The position numbers and the translations under genes are program-made. A stretch of 32,000 nucleotides of DNA, taken from contig NZ_JHUX01000011.1 of NCBI RefSeq assembly GCF_000619845.1, forward strand, positions 19,157 through 51,156, written 5' to 3'. This stretch comes from Alkanindiges illinoisensis DSM 15370. GTDB taxonomy: Bacteria; Pseudomonadota; Gammaproteobacteria; Pseudomonadales; Moraxellaceae. The notes under the pieces were generated by a model. It was given only the letters and a program-made list of their open reading frames with translations, was not told the DNA's origin and ran no database searches. Shown piece by piece: positions 8,844 to 21,771 of this stretch (position 1 is the stretch's first letter; each line of letters begins with the position of its first letter).

Positions 8844-8976
8844 TACCAGAAACTAAAAAATCCAATCGTAACAATAACTACAATCCTTCACCCAAAGTCC
8901 ACCAAAGCCCTTTTGATTGTTTTTGGTCACATGGTATTTCTTAATTAACTGGAAATCATAAATTAAGGAGACAACC

Positions 8977-9237
8977 ATGTTTTCACTGATTGGTGCCATT
9001 ATTATTGGTTTTTTTGCCGGGCTGATTGCACGGGCCATTCATCCAGGCGATGACAAGGCCGGCTTTATTGTAACGACTGTGCTTGGCATTATTGGCTCTC
9101 TAGTAGCCACTTATCTGGGACGCGGCTTGGGCTGGTATGCCGATGGTGAAGCAGCCGGATTTATCATGTCAGTGATCGGTGCAGTAGTAGTGCTGTTTAT
9201 TTATAATCTGGTGATGCGTAAACGTCATCAGGTTTAG
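8977..9237 (+). CDS. GlsB/YeaQ/YmgE-family stress-response membrane protein (transglycosylase-associated)
   Basis: 86-aa ORF MFSLIGAIIIGFFAGLIARAI.PG.D..GFIVTTVLGIIGS is typical of the family. Strong AAGGAG RBS. Confidence 0.85.
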   Translation: MFSLIGAIIIGFFAGLIARAIHPGDDKAGFIVTTVLGIIGSLVATYLGRGLGWYADGEAAGFIMSVIGAVVVLFIYNLVMRKRHQV

Positions 9238-9637
9238 TATTTCCATGCGTTTAAAAGTCATGTAGGTCTGATCATTAAAGCTGCGAGAACCTGACTTTGA
9301 TTTTCTCTACAAGTAATCAGGCTTGCATGACTAAAAGGCTTTATTGAGCTTATAAATTTAAAGATTAAAGTCTTTATTGAAGTAAACCTATCTATTAATA
9401 AGGCGTTAAATTTTTATTTGCACGACTGGTTTTTGCAGCTCAGGTCTATTTAGTTCAATGATTGTTAACTTAATTTAATACACTGTTATTTAAAGCAGAA
9501 ATTGTTATATAACGCTACATTAATTGCCAATTCTTCACCTAACCCCTTTAAAACGTGAGTTAAAATCTTACAAATTATTTATTTTCATGCCCTAGTCTTT
9601 AGTTTTACACGTGTATATAGCAAATAGAGGAAAGGTT

Positions 9638-10195
9638 ATGAAAAATATTGCTACTGGAGCATTGCTGGGTGTACTGGTTGCCATGACTGGCTGTCAAAGC
9701 ATGGATGGAATGCATGATGGTGACGGCATGCATATGATGAAAGCCAAAATGAGTGATGCTCAGATTTTATCCGTTCTGCATACAGCTAATATGGGCGAAA
9801 TTTCCCAGGGTCAAATTGCATTACAAAAAGCCCAGCGTGCTGATGTTAGAAACTTTGCCCAGCGCATGGTGAGTGAACATACTGACAATGACCAGAAAGG
9901 CAAAGCGCTGCTGACCAGTGCCAATATGGCACCACAGAACAATCATTTGAGCATGAAGCTGCAAAAAGACAGTGACGACGTGGTGATGAAGCTAAACAAG
10001 GCAGACGCCAAGGACTTTGATAAAACCTATATGGAAAGTCAGGTAAAAGTGCATAAAATGGTTCTGGAAACCATCGATAAGAAACTGATTCCCAATGCAC
10101 AGCATCCTGATCTGCGTAATCACCTGACCATGACCCGTGCTGCTGTTGCCATGCATTTGCAAATGGCTGAGCAACTCAGTGATTCGCTTAAATAA
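9638..10195 (+). CDS. DUF4142-domain lipoprotein
   Basis: Lipobox LVAMTGC after the ATG at 9638 (RBS AGAGGAAAGG). The DUF4142-type segment is ANMGEISQGQIALQKAQRADVRNFAQRMVSEHT. The tracked GTG at 9611 is less likely. Confidence 0.75.
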   Translation: MKNIATGALLGVLVAMTGCQSMDGMHDGDGMHMMKAKMSDAQILSVLHTANMGEISQGQIALQKAQRADVRNFAQRMVSEHTDNDQKGKALLTSANMAPQNNHLSMKLQKDSDDVVMKLNKADAKDFDKTYMESQVKVHKMVLETIDKKLIPNAQHPDLRNHLTMTRAAVAMHLQMAEQLSDSLK

Positions 10196-10219
10196 TTCCA
10201 ATTATTCTTAGATCTGATG

Positions 10220-10250
10220 ATTGTGCTGGCCAATGGTCAGCACAATTTTA
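10220..10250 (+). terminator. Rho-independent terminator of the DUF4142 gene
   Basis: Stem ATTGTGCTG (10220-10228) / CAGCACAAT (10238-10246) followed by TTTTA. Confidence 0.65.
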
Positions 10251-10320
10251 TAGCTATCCAAGCCCTAAGTTTTGCGTCCTGTTCTGTCAGTTTTGCTTTT
10301 CTCAGGGCACGGGCTTAGCT

Positions 10321-11673
10321 TTATTTGCCAATACAAAAACTGCCAAAAATCTTGCCCAGCAAATCATCTGCACTAAATTCACCGGTAATCTCACTTAATG
10401 CATTTTGCGCCAGACGCAAAGATTCTGCCATCAGTTCCCCGGCGTGAAATTCAACCAGCTGAACACGAGCATCAGCCAGATGTTGCTGGCAGCGCACCAT
10501 TGCGTCCAGATGCCGTGTCCGGGCAATAAAGGTACTTTCCTCGGGCTGATAGCCTGCATGCGCGCTAATCGCCTGTATGAGCGTATTAAGGCCATCACCT
10601 TGCCGTGCCGATAATATAATGCGCTTAAAGCCATTTAACTCATCCTGATGCGGGGTTTGTCCCGCCAGATCAGCCTTGTTGGCAATCAGCAATAATCGCT
10701 TAGGATCACGCTGGTGAAAAAATCCATCGGCCAGTGCCAGTGGATCATTATCAGTGGTCAGGTCATAGACCAATAACAACAGGTCAGCCTGTTCAATTTC
10801 CCTATAAGCGCGCTTGATGCCTTCCTGCTCCACAATATCACCGGTTTCACGCAAGCCAGCAGTATCGGTCAGGGTAATGGGCAGGCCATTCAAGGTAATT
10901 CTTTCATGCAACACATCACGGGTGGTGCCGGCAATGTCGGTGACAATAGCGCGATCAACCCCGGCCAAGGCATTCAGCAGGCTGGATTTTCCGGCATTGG
11001 GCTTGCCTGCAATCACCACCTGCAAGCCCTCACGCAATAACTGTCCCTGTTTGGCCGATTTTTGGACCTGGCTTACTGCCCCCTGTACTTGCTCCAGCAG
11101 GCTTAAAATCCGGCCATCCGCCAGAAAATCAATTTCCTCTTCGGGAAAATCAATGGCAGCTTCCACATGCAGGCGTAAATGAATGAGTTGCTCCAGAACT
11201 TCATTCACCCGCAGCGAAAAAGCACCTTGCAGGGAACGCACGGCCGAACGGGCAGCCGCTTCACTACTGGCATCAATCAGGTCACTAATGGCTTCTGCCT
11301 GCACCAGATCCATTTTGCCATTTTCAAAGGCACGCAGCGAAAATTCACCTGCCTTGGCTGCCACAGCACCCAAACTCAATAAGCGCGCCAGTACCGCATT
11401 TTGCACCACCACCCCGCCATGTCCCTGTACTTCAACCACATCCTCACCAGTGAACGAATGGGGGGCTTTAAAGCACAGAATCAAGCCTTCATCAATCACC
11501 TCACCCTGTGCGTCCTTAAACTGGCGAAATCCGGCCATACGCGGTGCCGGCAGCGGCTTTGCTGTTAAAGCCTCAGCAATGGTAAAAGCATTGGGGCCTG
11601 ACAGGCGGATAACACCAACACCGCCGCGTCCCTGAGGCGTGGCAATTGCAGTAATCGTGGTGGTTAGCGTCAT
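10321..11673 (-). CDS. mnmE: tRNA uridine-5-carboxymethylaminomethyl modification GTPase
   Basis: TIAIATPQGRGGVGVIRLSG, G-domain GKPNAGKSSLLNAL...DTAG, and the C-terminal FCIGK motif. Confidence 0.95.
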   Translation of the reverse strand: MTLTTTITAIATPQGRGGVGVIRLSGPNAFTIAEALTAKPLPAPRMAGFRQFKDAQGEVIDEGLILCFKAPHSFTGEDVVEVQGHGGVVVQNAVLARLLSLGAVAAKAGEFSLRAFENGKMDLVQAEAISDLIDASSEAAARSAVRSLQGAFSLRVNEVLEQLIHLRLHVEAAIDFPEEEIDFLADGRILSLLEQVQGAVSQVQKSAKQGQLLREGLQVVIAGKPNAGKSSLLNALAGVDRAIVTDIAGTTRDVLHERITLNGLPITLTDTAGLRETGDIVEQEGIKRAYREIEQADLLLLVYDLTTDNDPLALADGFFHQRDPKRLLLIANKADLAGQTPHQDELNGFKRIILSARQGDGLNTLIQAISAHAGYQPEESTFIARTRHLDAMVRCQQHLADARVQLVEFHAGELMAESLRLAQNALSEITGEFSADDLLGKIFGSFCIGK

Positions 11674-11721
11674 AATCGCACCTCAGGTAAACAGGCGAAT
11701 AAATGGTTTAACAGCTGGCAT

Positions 11722-11759
11722 AAAAAAACCGCCCAAGCGTATCACTTCAGGCGGTTTTT
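11722..11759 (-). terminator. Rho-independent terminator between yidC and mnmE
   Basis: Stem AAACCGCC (11726-11733) / GGCGGTTT (11750-11757). On the minus strand the hairpin is followed by a T7 tract (complement of 11722-11728). Confidence 0.7.
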
Positions 11760-11777
11760 AAAAACACATAGCAGCAT

Positions 11778-13475
11778 TTAGCTGGTGGCTTTGGCTGCTG
11801 CTTCCCTGGCAATCGAACGATTAACCAGCCACTGCTGAAGAATGGTCAGCAGGTTATTGCAAATCCAGTACAGTACCAGTCCTGACGGGAAAAACAGCAG
11901 GAACACGGTAAAGATAATGGGCATAAGCTTGAACACCTTGGCCTGCATCGGATCAGTCGGCTGCGGGTTGAGCATTTGCTGCACATACATGGTAACACCC
12001 ATGATCAGCGGCAAAATGAACAGCGGGTCCATGGCAGACAAATCCTGAATCCAGCCCAGCCACGGGGCATGACGCAGTTCCACGCTTTCCATCAGCACCC
12101 AGTACAGCGCCAGGAAAATCGGCATTTGTAGCAATAAAGGCAAGCAACCGGACAATGGATTAACCTGCTCTTTTTTGTACAGTGCCATCATTTCCTGCGA
12201 AAACTTCATGCGGTCTTCGCCATGCTCTTCTTTTAAGCGCTGCATTTCCGGTGCAATCACCCGCATTTTGGCCATGGAGCGGTAACTTTTGGCTGATAGC
12301 GGAAACAGTACCAGTTTAACGGCACAGGTTAGCAGGATAATGGCCCAACCCCAGTTGCCTACAATACTGTAGAAGAATTTCAGTCCCATAAACAGGATCT
12401 GGGCAATGGGCCACAACCAGCCATAATCCACTGTCTGATTCAGACCTGGTGCCAAATCCTTGAGCTTGGCTTGTACCTTGGGACCGGTATACAGCGTGGC
12501 ACTAACGTCCATTTGCTTGCCAGCCGGAACATTAATCAGCGGGGTACGGAAACCAATCACATTGTCATTGCCAACCTTGCGTGATTCCAGCGTGGCATTG
12601 TACTTGGCATCTGGAATCCAGGCAGTGACAAAGTAATGCTGAACCACGCCAACCCAACCGCCTTTGGCCTGCTGGCTTAAGCCATCACTCTGGAAGTCAT
12701 CAAACTTGAGCTTGTTATACTGCTCGTCTGGCGTTCCCCACGCACCACCCAGATAAGTTCCCAGCTGGAAAATACCCTGATGGCTCTTGCTGGGATCAGC
12801 ACTGCTGTCACGCTTGATCTGGCCAAACATCTGGCCCTGCCATGGCTGGCTGCCACGGTTAATAATCCGGTAGCTTATCCCAATCGGATATTCACCGGCC
12901 TTAAAGGTAAAATTCTTGATAATTTCAACACCGTTGCTGGCCTGATAGACCAGTGGCACCACCAGTGTTTTTTGGCCAGGCAGCAGCTTGTACTGCTTGC
13001 TTTCGGTTTCAAAACTGGCACGTCCATTGGCATTATCCGGGCCATTAGTGCCAATCAAGCCGGACTGGGCGATATAAACCCGGCTGGCATCGTTTTCCAG
13101 CATGACAAACGGCTTGTTGTCCTGATTCTTGTTCAGGTCATGCTGAAGCAATTCAGCACGCACAACGTCCCCACCCTTGGGATTAATCCACAAATGGTAA
13201 ACGTCAGTTGTCACTTCAATCAGATTACTGCTGGCAGCAACATTCGCCACAGCAGGGTTTGCGGCATTTACCGGCGTCGTTGAGGGAATATCGGTAGCTG
13301 TGCCAGTACGGGTTGCACTGGGAACATCTGCTGTTGATCCTGCTTTTGCTGCAATGGCTGCTGGTGGCTGGTTTACCTGAGCGTTTGGACCATAGTCCTT
13401 TTGCCACGCCAAGATAATTAAATACGCGGTCACAAACATGGCTGCCAGAATTGCAATTCTGCCCCACTGTTGCAT
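11778..13475 (-). CDS. yidC: Membrane protein insertase YidC
   Basis: Large periplasmic domain plus a conserved C-terminal core (...LLLQMPIFLALY...FFPSGLVLYW). The ATG at 13475 (MQQWGRIAILAAMF...) is preferred over the tracked GTG at 13511. Confidence 0.93.
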   Translation of the reverse strand: MQQWGRIAILAAMFVTAYLIILAWQKDYGPNAQVNQPPAAIAAKAGSTADVPSATRTGTATDIPSTTPVNAANPAVANVAASSNLIEVTTDVYHLWINPKGGDVVRAELLQHDLNKNQDNKPFVMLENDASRVYIAQSGLIGTNGPDNANGRASFETESKQYKLLPGQKTLVVPLVYQASNGVEIIKNFTFKAGEYPIGISYRIINRGSQPWQGQMFGQIKRDSSADPSKSHQGIFQLGTYLGGAWGTPDEQYNKLKFDDFQSDGLSQQAKGGWVGVVQHYFVTAWIPDAKYNATLESRKVGNDNVIGFRTPLINVPAGKQMDVSATLYTGPKVQAKLKDLAPGLNQTVDYGWLWPIAQILFMGLKFFYSIVGNWGWAIILLTCAVKLVLFPLSAKSYRSMAKMRVIAPEMQRLKEEHGEDRMKFSQEMMALYKKEQVNPLSGCLPLLLQMPIFLALYWVLMESVELRHAPWLGWIQDLSAMDPLFILPLIMGVTMYVQQMLNPQPTDPMQAKVFKLMPIIFTVFLLFFPSGLVLYWICNNLLTILQQWLVNRSIAREAAAKATS

Positions 13476-13511
13476 AGTGCTTACCCCAAAAAATAAAGCT
13501 GTCTGAAACAC

Positions 13512-13808
13512 CTAGCATTGCCGAAACGGAATACCAGATTTTACCTGCTTTGCATCAAGCGGCTGAAACGATATAAATTGGCGCATCGGCTGTCGGATCG
13601 AAGGCACCGGATCATAGCCCTGCCCGCCCCACGGATGGCAGCGACAGACCCGCTTGAAAGCCAGCCAGCCGCCATGGCCTGCCCCATGCAGGGCAACTGC
13701 CTCAAGGGCATATTGGGAACAGGTAGGGATATAGCGGCATCGGGGTCCAAGCAGTGGACTGATGGCAATTTGATAACATCGGATCAACCAGCGTAAAAAA
13801 CCAGCCAT
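13512..13808 (-). CDS. yidD: Membrane protein insertion efficiency factor YidD
   Basis: [27 protein letters not shown]...[13 protein letters not shown] is the YidD signature. It sits between rnpA and yidC. Confidence 0.9.
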   Translation of the reverse strand: MAGFLRWLIRCYQIAISPLLGPRCRYIPTCSQYALEAVALHGAGHGGWLAFKRVCRCHPWGGQGYDPVPSIRQPMRQFISFQPLDAKQVKSGIPFRQC

Positions 13809-13819
13809 TGGCCTGCCCT

Positions 13820-14224
13820 TTACGTGACTGGAGGAGAAATTGGCTGCTGGATCAGCTGCTGTTTTTTAACCCGGGTATGTAGCATGCGCCAGGCATTTTG
13901 CAATTCCTGATGCAATTGCGGGTTGTCAATGTGATCGGCGCCTTGCTTTGCCATCACAATAATATCAAGTGCAGGTAGCTGTTGCTGGTGCAGCCGGAAA
14001 CTTTCTCGGGTCAACCGTTTAAAGCGGTTACGCTCATGTGCGCGCTTGATTTTTCGTTTGGCCACCACAATGCCGATACGGCTTTGAGAAGATTCAGCAT
14101 TGCGCCGGATTGCCAATACCAAAAAACCAGATTGATGGACTTTATACATGGCACAGTCAAACACTGCCTTAAAATCAGCAGCTGTCAGTAGCCTGCATTC
14201 TGGCTGAAATGCAAACGATGTCAT
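13820..14224 (-). CDS. rnpA: Ribonuclease P protein component
   Basis: Basic 134-aa ORF ([28 protein letters not shown]) directly downstream of rpmH. Confidence 0.92.
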   Translation of the reverse strand: MTSFAFQPECRLLTAADFKAVFDCAMYKVHQSGFLVLAIRRNAESSQSRIGIVVAKRKIKRAHERNRFKRLTRESFRLHQQQLPALDIIVMAKQGADHIDNPQLHQELQNAWRMLHTRVKKQQLIQQPISPPVT

Positions 14225-14262
14225 ATTACCCGACGCGCACGCGTCTTTGCACGTTTAACTGC

Positions 14263-14406
<144 letters not shown>

Positions 14407-14429
14407 TCAAAGCTGACAAAAAGAACGCG

Positions 14430-14458
14430 ATTTTATTGACCTCTGCTCGCTGTGTCAA
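14430..14458 (-). promoter_or_regulatory. Candidate sigma70 promoter of rpmH-rnpA
   Basis: On the minus strand: TTGACA (14453-14458), a 17-nt spacer, then TAAAAT (14430-14435), about 33 nt upstream of the rpmH ATG. Confidence 0.5.
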
Positions 14459-14519
14459 ACAAAAGCCCTTGTTTGATGCCTTTTTTTTGTGCTAATGCCG
14501 GAGCAGCCAAACAAGCATT

Positions 14520-15060
14520 CAAATTATTTATTTAAATAACCGCATGATATATTTGATCATTTTTTAAATAAATATATAATTTTAAGCCCTTGCCGTGTTA
14601 TCCACAAAATTATTCACAATTAATTATTAAAAATTAAATCTTTAAATAACAATAGTATAATCTCAATAATTTAACTTATTGTTGAAAGTTATCCACAAGC
14701 TTACTATATTTACGTCCATGCTAGGAATAATTATGTTTAAGCCTGAATTTTTCAACTTTGAATTCATAACAGAGAATCCAAGTTATCCCCATAAAACCAT
14801 AAACATAATTTAAATTTAAATTTATTAAATTCATCTTTATTATTATTAGGAGCGTGTTTTTCTGTGGAAACCAGCTTATTTTTTAATTTAAACATTAAGT
14901 TAGCTTGTGGATAAAAGGAATTGAGATTTGTGTATGATTTGTGGATAACTTTGGGTATTATTTTATCCACAAGTTTATCCAAAAAGTTTTCCACAGGCAT
15001 TTTTAAATTTAAATTCGTAAAAAATGAATTTAATGTTCAAGAAAGCAGCAAGCACAGGGT
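14520..15060. other. oriC: Chromosomal replication origin oriC (DnaA-box cluster plus A+T-rich unwinding region) in the rpmH-dnaA intergenic region
   Basis: Five perfect DnaA boxes: 14598-14606(+), 14689-14697(+), 14906-14914(-), 14940-14948(-), 14963-14971(+). Four one-mismatch boxes: TTATTCACA 14610-14618, TTATCCCCA 14783-14791, TTATCCAAA 14975-14983, TTTTCCACA 14987-14995. A very A+T-rich segment at 14520-14680 repeats TTTAAATAA(C). Gene orientation diverges on either side. Confidence 0.9.
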
Positions 15061-15069
15061 ATGGACGCC

Positions 15070-15098
15070 ATGACAGATGTTGATAAGTTGGTTAGAAT
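15070..15098 (+). promoter_or_regulatory. Candidate dnaA promoter
   Basis: ATGACA (15070-15075), a 17-nt spacer, then TAGAAT (15093-15098), just downstream of the DnaA-box cluster. Motif match only. Confidence 0.35.
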
Positions 15099-15220
15099 GC
15101 TGTCCTCATCAGGAAGTGAGCATTGATAAAATCCCGGATATGCATGAGATATGCCGTAGTTGATTAGCGCTGGTTATCGTTAGTTCATTTTTTTATTGTT
15201 CATCATTGTTTGGGGGTGTC

Positions 15221-16606
15221 ATGATCTGGGCAGAATGTCTGAATACACTGCGGCATGAGTTGTCGGATAATGTATTCACGATGTGGATTCGTCCGCTTCA
15301 TGCTGAAGAACGTGACAATGCGCTGGTGTTGCTTGCGCCCAATCATTACTGGACCCGCTATATACAGGAACATCATCTGGACCAGATCCGTCATCTGGTG
15401 AATAAGGCCAGTGCCGGGCGTATTTCCGAAGTGCATATCCAGGTTGATTCGCGGCCCGGTGAAATTATTTCCCAGGCTGCTGAGCCTGCCAGTGCAGCGC
15501 CTACTGCTGAAGCCATGAATGGGGTAGGGCGGGAGCGCAAGGTCGCGGTAGAAGCCGATAGCAGTAAAAATCCACCAGCTCAGAAAAAACGCCAGCTAAA
15601 TCCGCAATTTACTTTTGCCTTGTTTGTTGAAGGCCGTTCTAACCAGATGGCCGCTGAAACCTGCCGCCGGGTCCTGACCCAGTTGGGGGAATCACAACAC
15701 AATCCACTGTTTTTATATGGGCCTACCGGTCTGGGTAAGACTCACCTCATGCATGCAGTCGGCAATGCCTTGCTACAGGCCAAACCAAATGCGCGGGTCA
15801 TTTACATGACCTCAGAAAATTTTGTTCAGGATTTTGTCAGTGCCTTGCAGCGCGGCAAGATTGATGAGTTCAAGCAAAATTGTCGTTCACTGGACTTGTT
15901 ATTGGTTGACGATATTCACTTGCTGACCGGTAAAGCCAGTCTGGTTGAATTTTTTCATACTTTCAATGCTTTACTGGATGAATCCAAGCAGATTATCCTG
16001 ACGTCAGACCGCTATCCGAAGGAATTGACTGAACTAGACCCACGTCTGGTATCGCGTTTTTCATGGGGACTATCCGTTGGGGTAGAGCCGCCGGATCTGG
16101 AAACCCGTATTGAAATCTTGCTCAAGAAAGCCGAAAGCAATGGCATTGAGTTACCACGCAACTGTGCATTATTTATTGCCCAGCAGGTGGTGGCCAATGT
16201 GCGTGAACTGGAAGGTGCCTTAAATAAAGTTGTTGCCATTTCACGCTTTAAGGGCACGACCATTGACCTTGAAGTGGTGCGTGAATCCCTAAAGGATGTG
16301 CTGGCGATACGTGCCCGTACCATGAGCATTGACAATATCCAGCGCGTGGTCAGCGAATTTTTCCGGATTCCCTTGAAAGAGCTGATTGGCCCCAAGCGTA
16401 CCCGGATTTATGCACGGCCACGTCAGATTGCCATGGGACTGGCGCGTGAACTAACCAATGACAGCTTTCCCGATATTGGTGAAGCCTTTGGTGGACGCGA
16501 TCACAGCACCGTGATGCATGCCTGTGACAAGGTTCGGGAGCTGTGTCAGTCAGATCCAGCCTTTAACGAAGATTATCAAAATTTATTGCGCTTATTGCAG
16601 AGTTAA
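15221..16606 (+). CDS. dnaA: Chromosomal replication initiator protein DnaA
   Basis: AAA+ core (NPLFLYGPTGLGKTHLMHAVGN, LLVDDIH) and C-terminal DNA-binding domain (GGRDHSTVMHA). The ATG at 15221 is preferred to the tracked TTG at 15206. Confidence 0.95.
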   Translation: MIWAECLNTLRHELSDNVFTMWIRPLHAEERDNALVLLAPNHYWTRYIQEHHLDQIRHLVNKASAGRISEVHIQVDSRPGEIISQAAEPASAAPTAEAMNGVGRERKVAVEADSSKNPPAQKKRQLNPQFTFALFVEGRSNQMAAETCRRVLTQLGESQHNPLFLYGPTGLGKTHLMHAVGNALLQAKPNARVIYMTSENFVQDFVSALQRGKIDEFKQNCRSLDLLLVDDIHLLTGKASLVEFFHTFNALLDESKQIILTSDRYPKELTELDPRLVSRFSWGLSVGVEPPDLETRIEILLKKAESNGIELPRNCALFIAQQVVANVRELEGALNKVVAISRFKGTTIDLEVVRESLKDVLAIRARTMSIDNIQRVVSEFFRIPLKELIGPKRTRIYARPRQIAMGLARELTNDSFPDIGEAFGGRDHSTVMHACDKVRELCQSDPAFNEDYQNLLRLLQS

Positions 16607-16743
16607 CTGGCACAATAAACACTATTATTTTTATGATTGCGTCTGTAATCATTATTGTTTTAATTTCAATCCGCATTAAATCAAATTACCATGCGTTAAT
16701 AAGCATGCGGTGTTGAAATGTATGATCTCAAGAGGAATGCAGC

Positions 16744-17898
16744 GTGCGCCTGAAAATCAGTAAAGACTTGTTATTAAATGTCTTATCTCATGTGGTTGGG
16801 GCGGTAGAGCGTCGTCATACCTTAAGTATTTTGTCCAATATCAAGTTACAGGTTACCGAGCAGCAACTCACGGTAACGGGTTCTGATCTGGAAGTTGAAC
16901 TGGTGGCCAGTGCCCAGCTTGCCAATGGTGCCTGTCTGCAGGCAGGAGAAACTACCGTGCCTGCGCGCAAGCTGGTAGATATCTGTAAATCCCTGCCTAA
17001 TGCTGCGCTGATTGACCTGCAAGTGACTGATGACCAGCGCTGCATTTTAAAGTCGGGAAATAGCCGGTTTGTACTAGGGACACTACCAGCAGAAGATTAC
17101 CCCTTGCTGGCTAGCAATGGCGTGGTGGCTGGTGAGTCTGTACAGGTAGCGCAAAGTGAACTGAAAAAGCTGCTGGATAAAACCGCCTTTGCCATGGCTG
17201 TGCAGGATGTGCGCTTTTACCTAACCGGAACACTGATTGAAGCCGGCGAGGGGCAACTGCGTGCTGTGACTACAGACGGCCATCGTCTGGCACTATCTGA
17301 AACCTCCGCTATTTTTGAAGGCCAGCAAACGCTGCAAGCCATTGTGCCACGCAAGGCTGTGGGTGAGCTACAGCGCCTGCTCTCGATGGATGAGCAGCCC
17401 TTAACCTTGATTATTGGCCGCGAGCTGATGAATGTCAGCATTACCTTAAACAGCAAGGATAAGGAAAAGGACAACGAGATTGTTGTTCGTTTTACCACCA
17501 AGCTGATTGATGGCAAGTTTCCGGATTACCGTCGTGTGCTGCCTCGGCATGGCAACAAGATTGTACTCATTAACCATGATCAATTCCGCCAGTCTTTGCA
17601 GCGTGTTGCGATTTTAAGTAATGAAAAATTACGTGGTGTATTTCTGGTGTTTAAAAACAATGAACTGCAACTCCGGGCCAATAATCCCGAGCAGGATGAG
17701 GCAGTTGAAGACATGGCCATTTCCTATGAAGGGGATAGCTTAGAGATGTCCTTTAATGCCCAGTATCTGCTGGATGTAATCGGAGTACTAAGCAGTGATC
17801 AGGTACAGCTCACCTTGTCAGAGGCCAATGCTTCGGCTTTGGTACAAGACCCGACCACTAGCAGCAGCCTGTATGTTGTGATGCCAATGCGGGTTTAA
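16744..17898 (+). CDS. dnaN: DNA polymerase III beta sliding clamp
   Basis: 384-aa ORF at the conserved position after dnaA, with typical clamp N-terminus and C-terminus (...YVVMPMRV). GTG start with an AGAGGA RBS. Confidence 0.93.
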   Translation: MRLKISKDLLLNVLSHVVGAVERRHTLSILSNIKLQVTEQQLTVTGSDLEVELVASAQLANGACLQAGETTVPARKLVDICKSLPNAALIDLQVTDDQRCILKSGNSRFVLGTLPAEDYPLLASNGVVAGESVQVAQSELKKLLDKTAFAMAVQDVRFYLTGTLIEAGEGQLRAVTTDGHRLALSETSAIFEGQQTLQAIVPRKAVGELQRLLSMDEQPLTLIIGRELMNVSITLNSKDKEKDNEIVVRFTTKLIDGKFPDYRRVLPRHGNKIVLINHDQFRQSLQRVAILSNEKLRGVFLVFKNNELQLRANNPEQDEAVEDMAISYEGDSLEMSFNAQYLLDVIGVLSSDQVQLTLSEANASALVQDPTTSSSLYVVMPMRV

Positions 17899-17922
17899 TC
17901 CTGTTCATTCTGGCCATTTGCC

Positions 17923-19044
17923 ATGCATTTACAGCGCCTGCATATTGAGCGTATCCGTAATTTAAAAGGGGTGGAGCTGGCCCAGCTTCAGCCCTTTAAT
18001 ATTTTTTATGGTGCTAATGGCAGTGGCAAGTCATCAATTCTGGAAGCCATTCATATTTTGGCCACTGGCCGTTCATTCCGCACCAATCTGGTTAAGCAAT
18101 ATATTCAGCACAGTGAGCTCGACGGGCTAGTTTACGCTGAATCGACTCACTACCGGTTAGGCCTGCAAAAGTTTGTATCTGGCGAACAAATTATCCGGCT
18201 TAATGGTGATACGGTCGCCACACAAAGTGAGCTGGCCAAACTACTTCCAATCCAGCTGATTGACCCGGATACCATTAGCTTGCTGGATACGGGTTCCAAG
18301 CCACGCCGTCAGTTACTGGACTGGCTGATGTTCCACGTGGAACATGAGTTTCACGGCTTATGGCTGCGTTATCAACGTGCGTTAAAGCAGCGAAATAATT
18401 TGCTGAAGCATCCGCTCAGTGATCAGAAACTCTGGCTGCAAAGTATTCAAAGCTGGGAGCATGGGCTGGCTGAATACGGCGAGCTGATTGATGGCCTGCG
18501 TGAAAAAGTCATACTGCAATGGCAGCCCTTATTTGAGCATTACCGCCAGCAGTTACTACCACAAATTGAAATTAGTTTGACCTATACGGCAGGGTTTGAC
18601 AGTGAGCAGGGACTAGCTGCCAGTCTGGTGCAGCACCGTAGCAGGGACATGGATCGAGCTACCACGCAGCATGGGCCACATCGCGCAGACTTGCGGTTAA
18701 AAACGTCCTTAGGCCTTGCTGATGAGGTACTGTCCCGTGGCCAGAAAAAGCTGCTGATGGTGGCATTAAAGCTGTCGCAAATACATCTGCTGCAAGACTT
18801 GAACAAGGAAACTGTGGTATTATTAGACGATTTTAGTGCCGAGCTGGATGACACTGCCCAGGGACGATTATTGTCCACCTTGGCCGGCTTAAACAGTCAA
18901 GTCTTTATAACTACCCTCAATGGCAGTGCGGTACAGAAAATGCAGGAAATCCTGAGCACACCGGCGGCTGTTTTTGAAGTCAGCAACGGTCAGGTTCAGT
19001 CCCAGCCATTTTCTGGCGATGACGTGCCATCTCATTTGAATTAA
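17923..19044 (+). CDS. recF: DNA replication and repair protein RecF
   Basis: Walker A GANGSGKSSILEAI, the conserved LDW..FHVE motif, and conserved position after dnaN. Confidence 0.93.
   Translation: MHLQRLHIERIRNLKGVELAQLQPFNIFYGANGSGKSSILEAIHILATGRSFRTNLVKQYIQHSELDGLVYAESTHYRLGLQKFVSGEQIIRLNGDTVATQSELAKLLPIQLIDPDTISLLDTGSKPRRQLLDWLMFHVEHEFHGLWLRYQRALKQRNNLLKHPLSDQKLWLQSIQSWEHGLAEYGELIDGLREKVILQWQPLFEHYRQQLLPQIEISLTYTAGFDSEQGLAASLVQHRSRDMDRATTQHGPHRADLRLKTSLGLADEVLSRGQKKLLMVALKLSQIHLLQDLNKETVVLLDDFSAELDDTAQGRLLSTLAGLNSQVFITTLNGSAVQKMQEILSTPAAVFEVSNGQVQSQPFSGDDVPSHLN
18329..18344. other. parS: parS centromere-like site (perfect palindrome TGTTCCACGTGGAACA) inside recF
   Basis: Exact 16-bp palindrome matching the ParB-binding parS consensus (tGTTNCACGTGAAACa family). 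It encodes M-F-H-V-E of RecF. Confidence 0.8.
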
Positions 19045-21585
<2,541 letters not shown>

Positions 21586-21606
21586 TGTTTTGAGTTAGTT
21601 CCTTAT

Positions 21607-21636
21607 AAAAAAGCTGCACAGGTTGCAGCTTTTTTA
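21607..21636 (+). terminator. Rho-independent terminator of gyrB
   Basis: Stem AAAAAAGCTGCA (21607-21618) / TGCAGCTTTTTT (21624-21635). Confidence 0.8.
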
Positions 21637-21771
21637 TAGGTGAAAGCTGGATACGCCATAGTAAAAAACGGAAAATAAACACTGCACCACGATAATAAAC
21701 CTCAACCAAAACATAACGCCGACGCAAGAATATCCATGCTAACTTCGACAGAAGGAAAGTAACTGGAATGG

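Noticed and set aside
14764-15000. 78-aa ORF in the rpmH-dnaA intergenic region.
   Set aside because: It spans the DnaA-box cluster of oriC. The translation is A+T-driven (Lys/Asn/Phe-rich) with no RBS. The region is explained by origin function.
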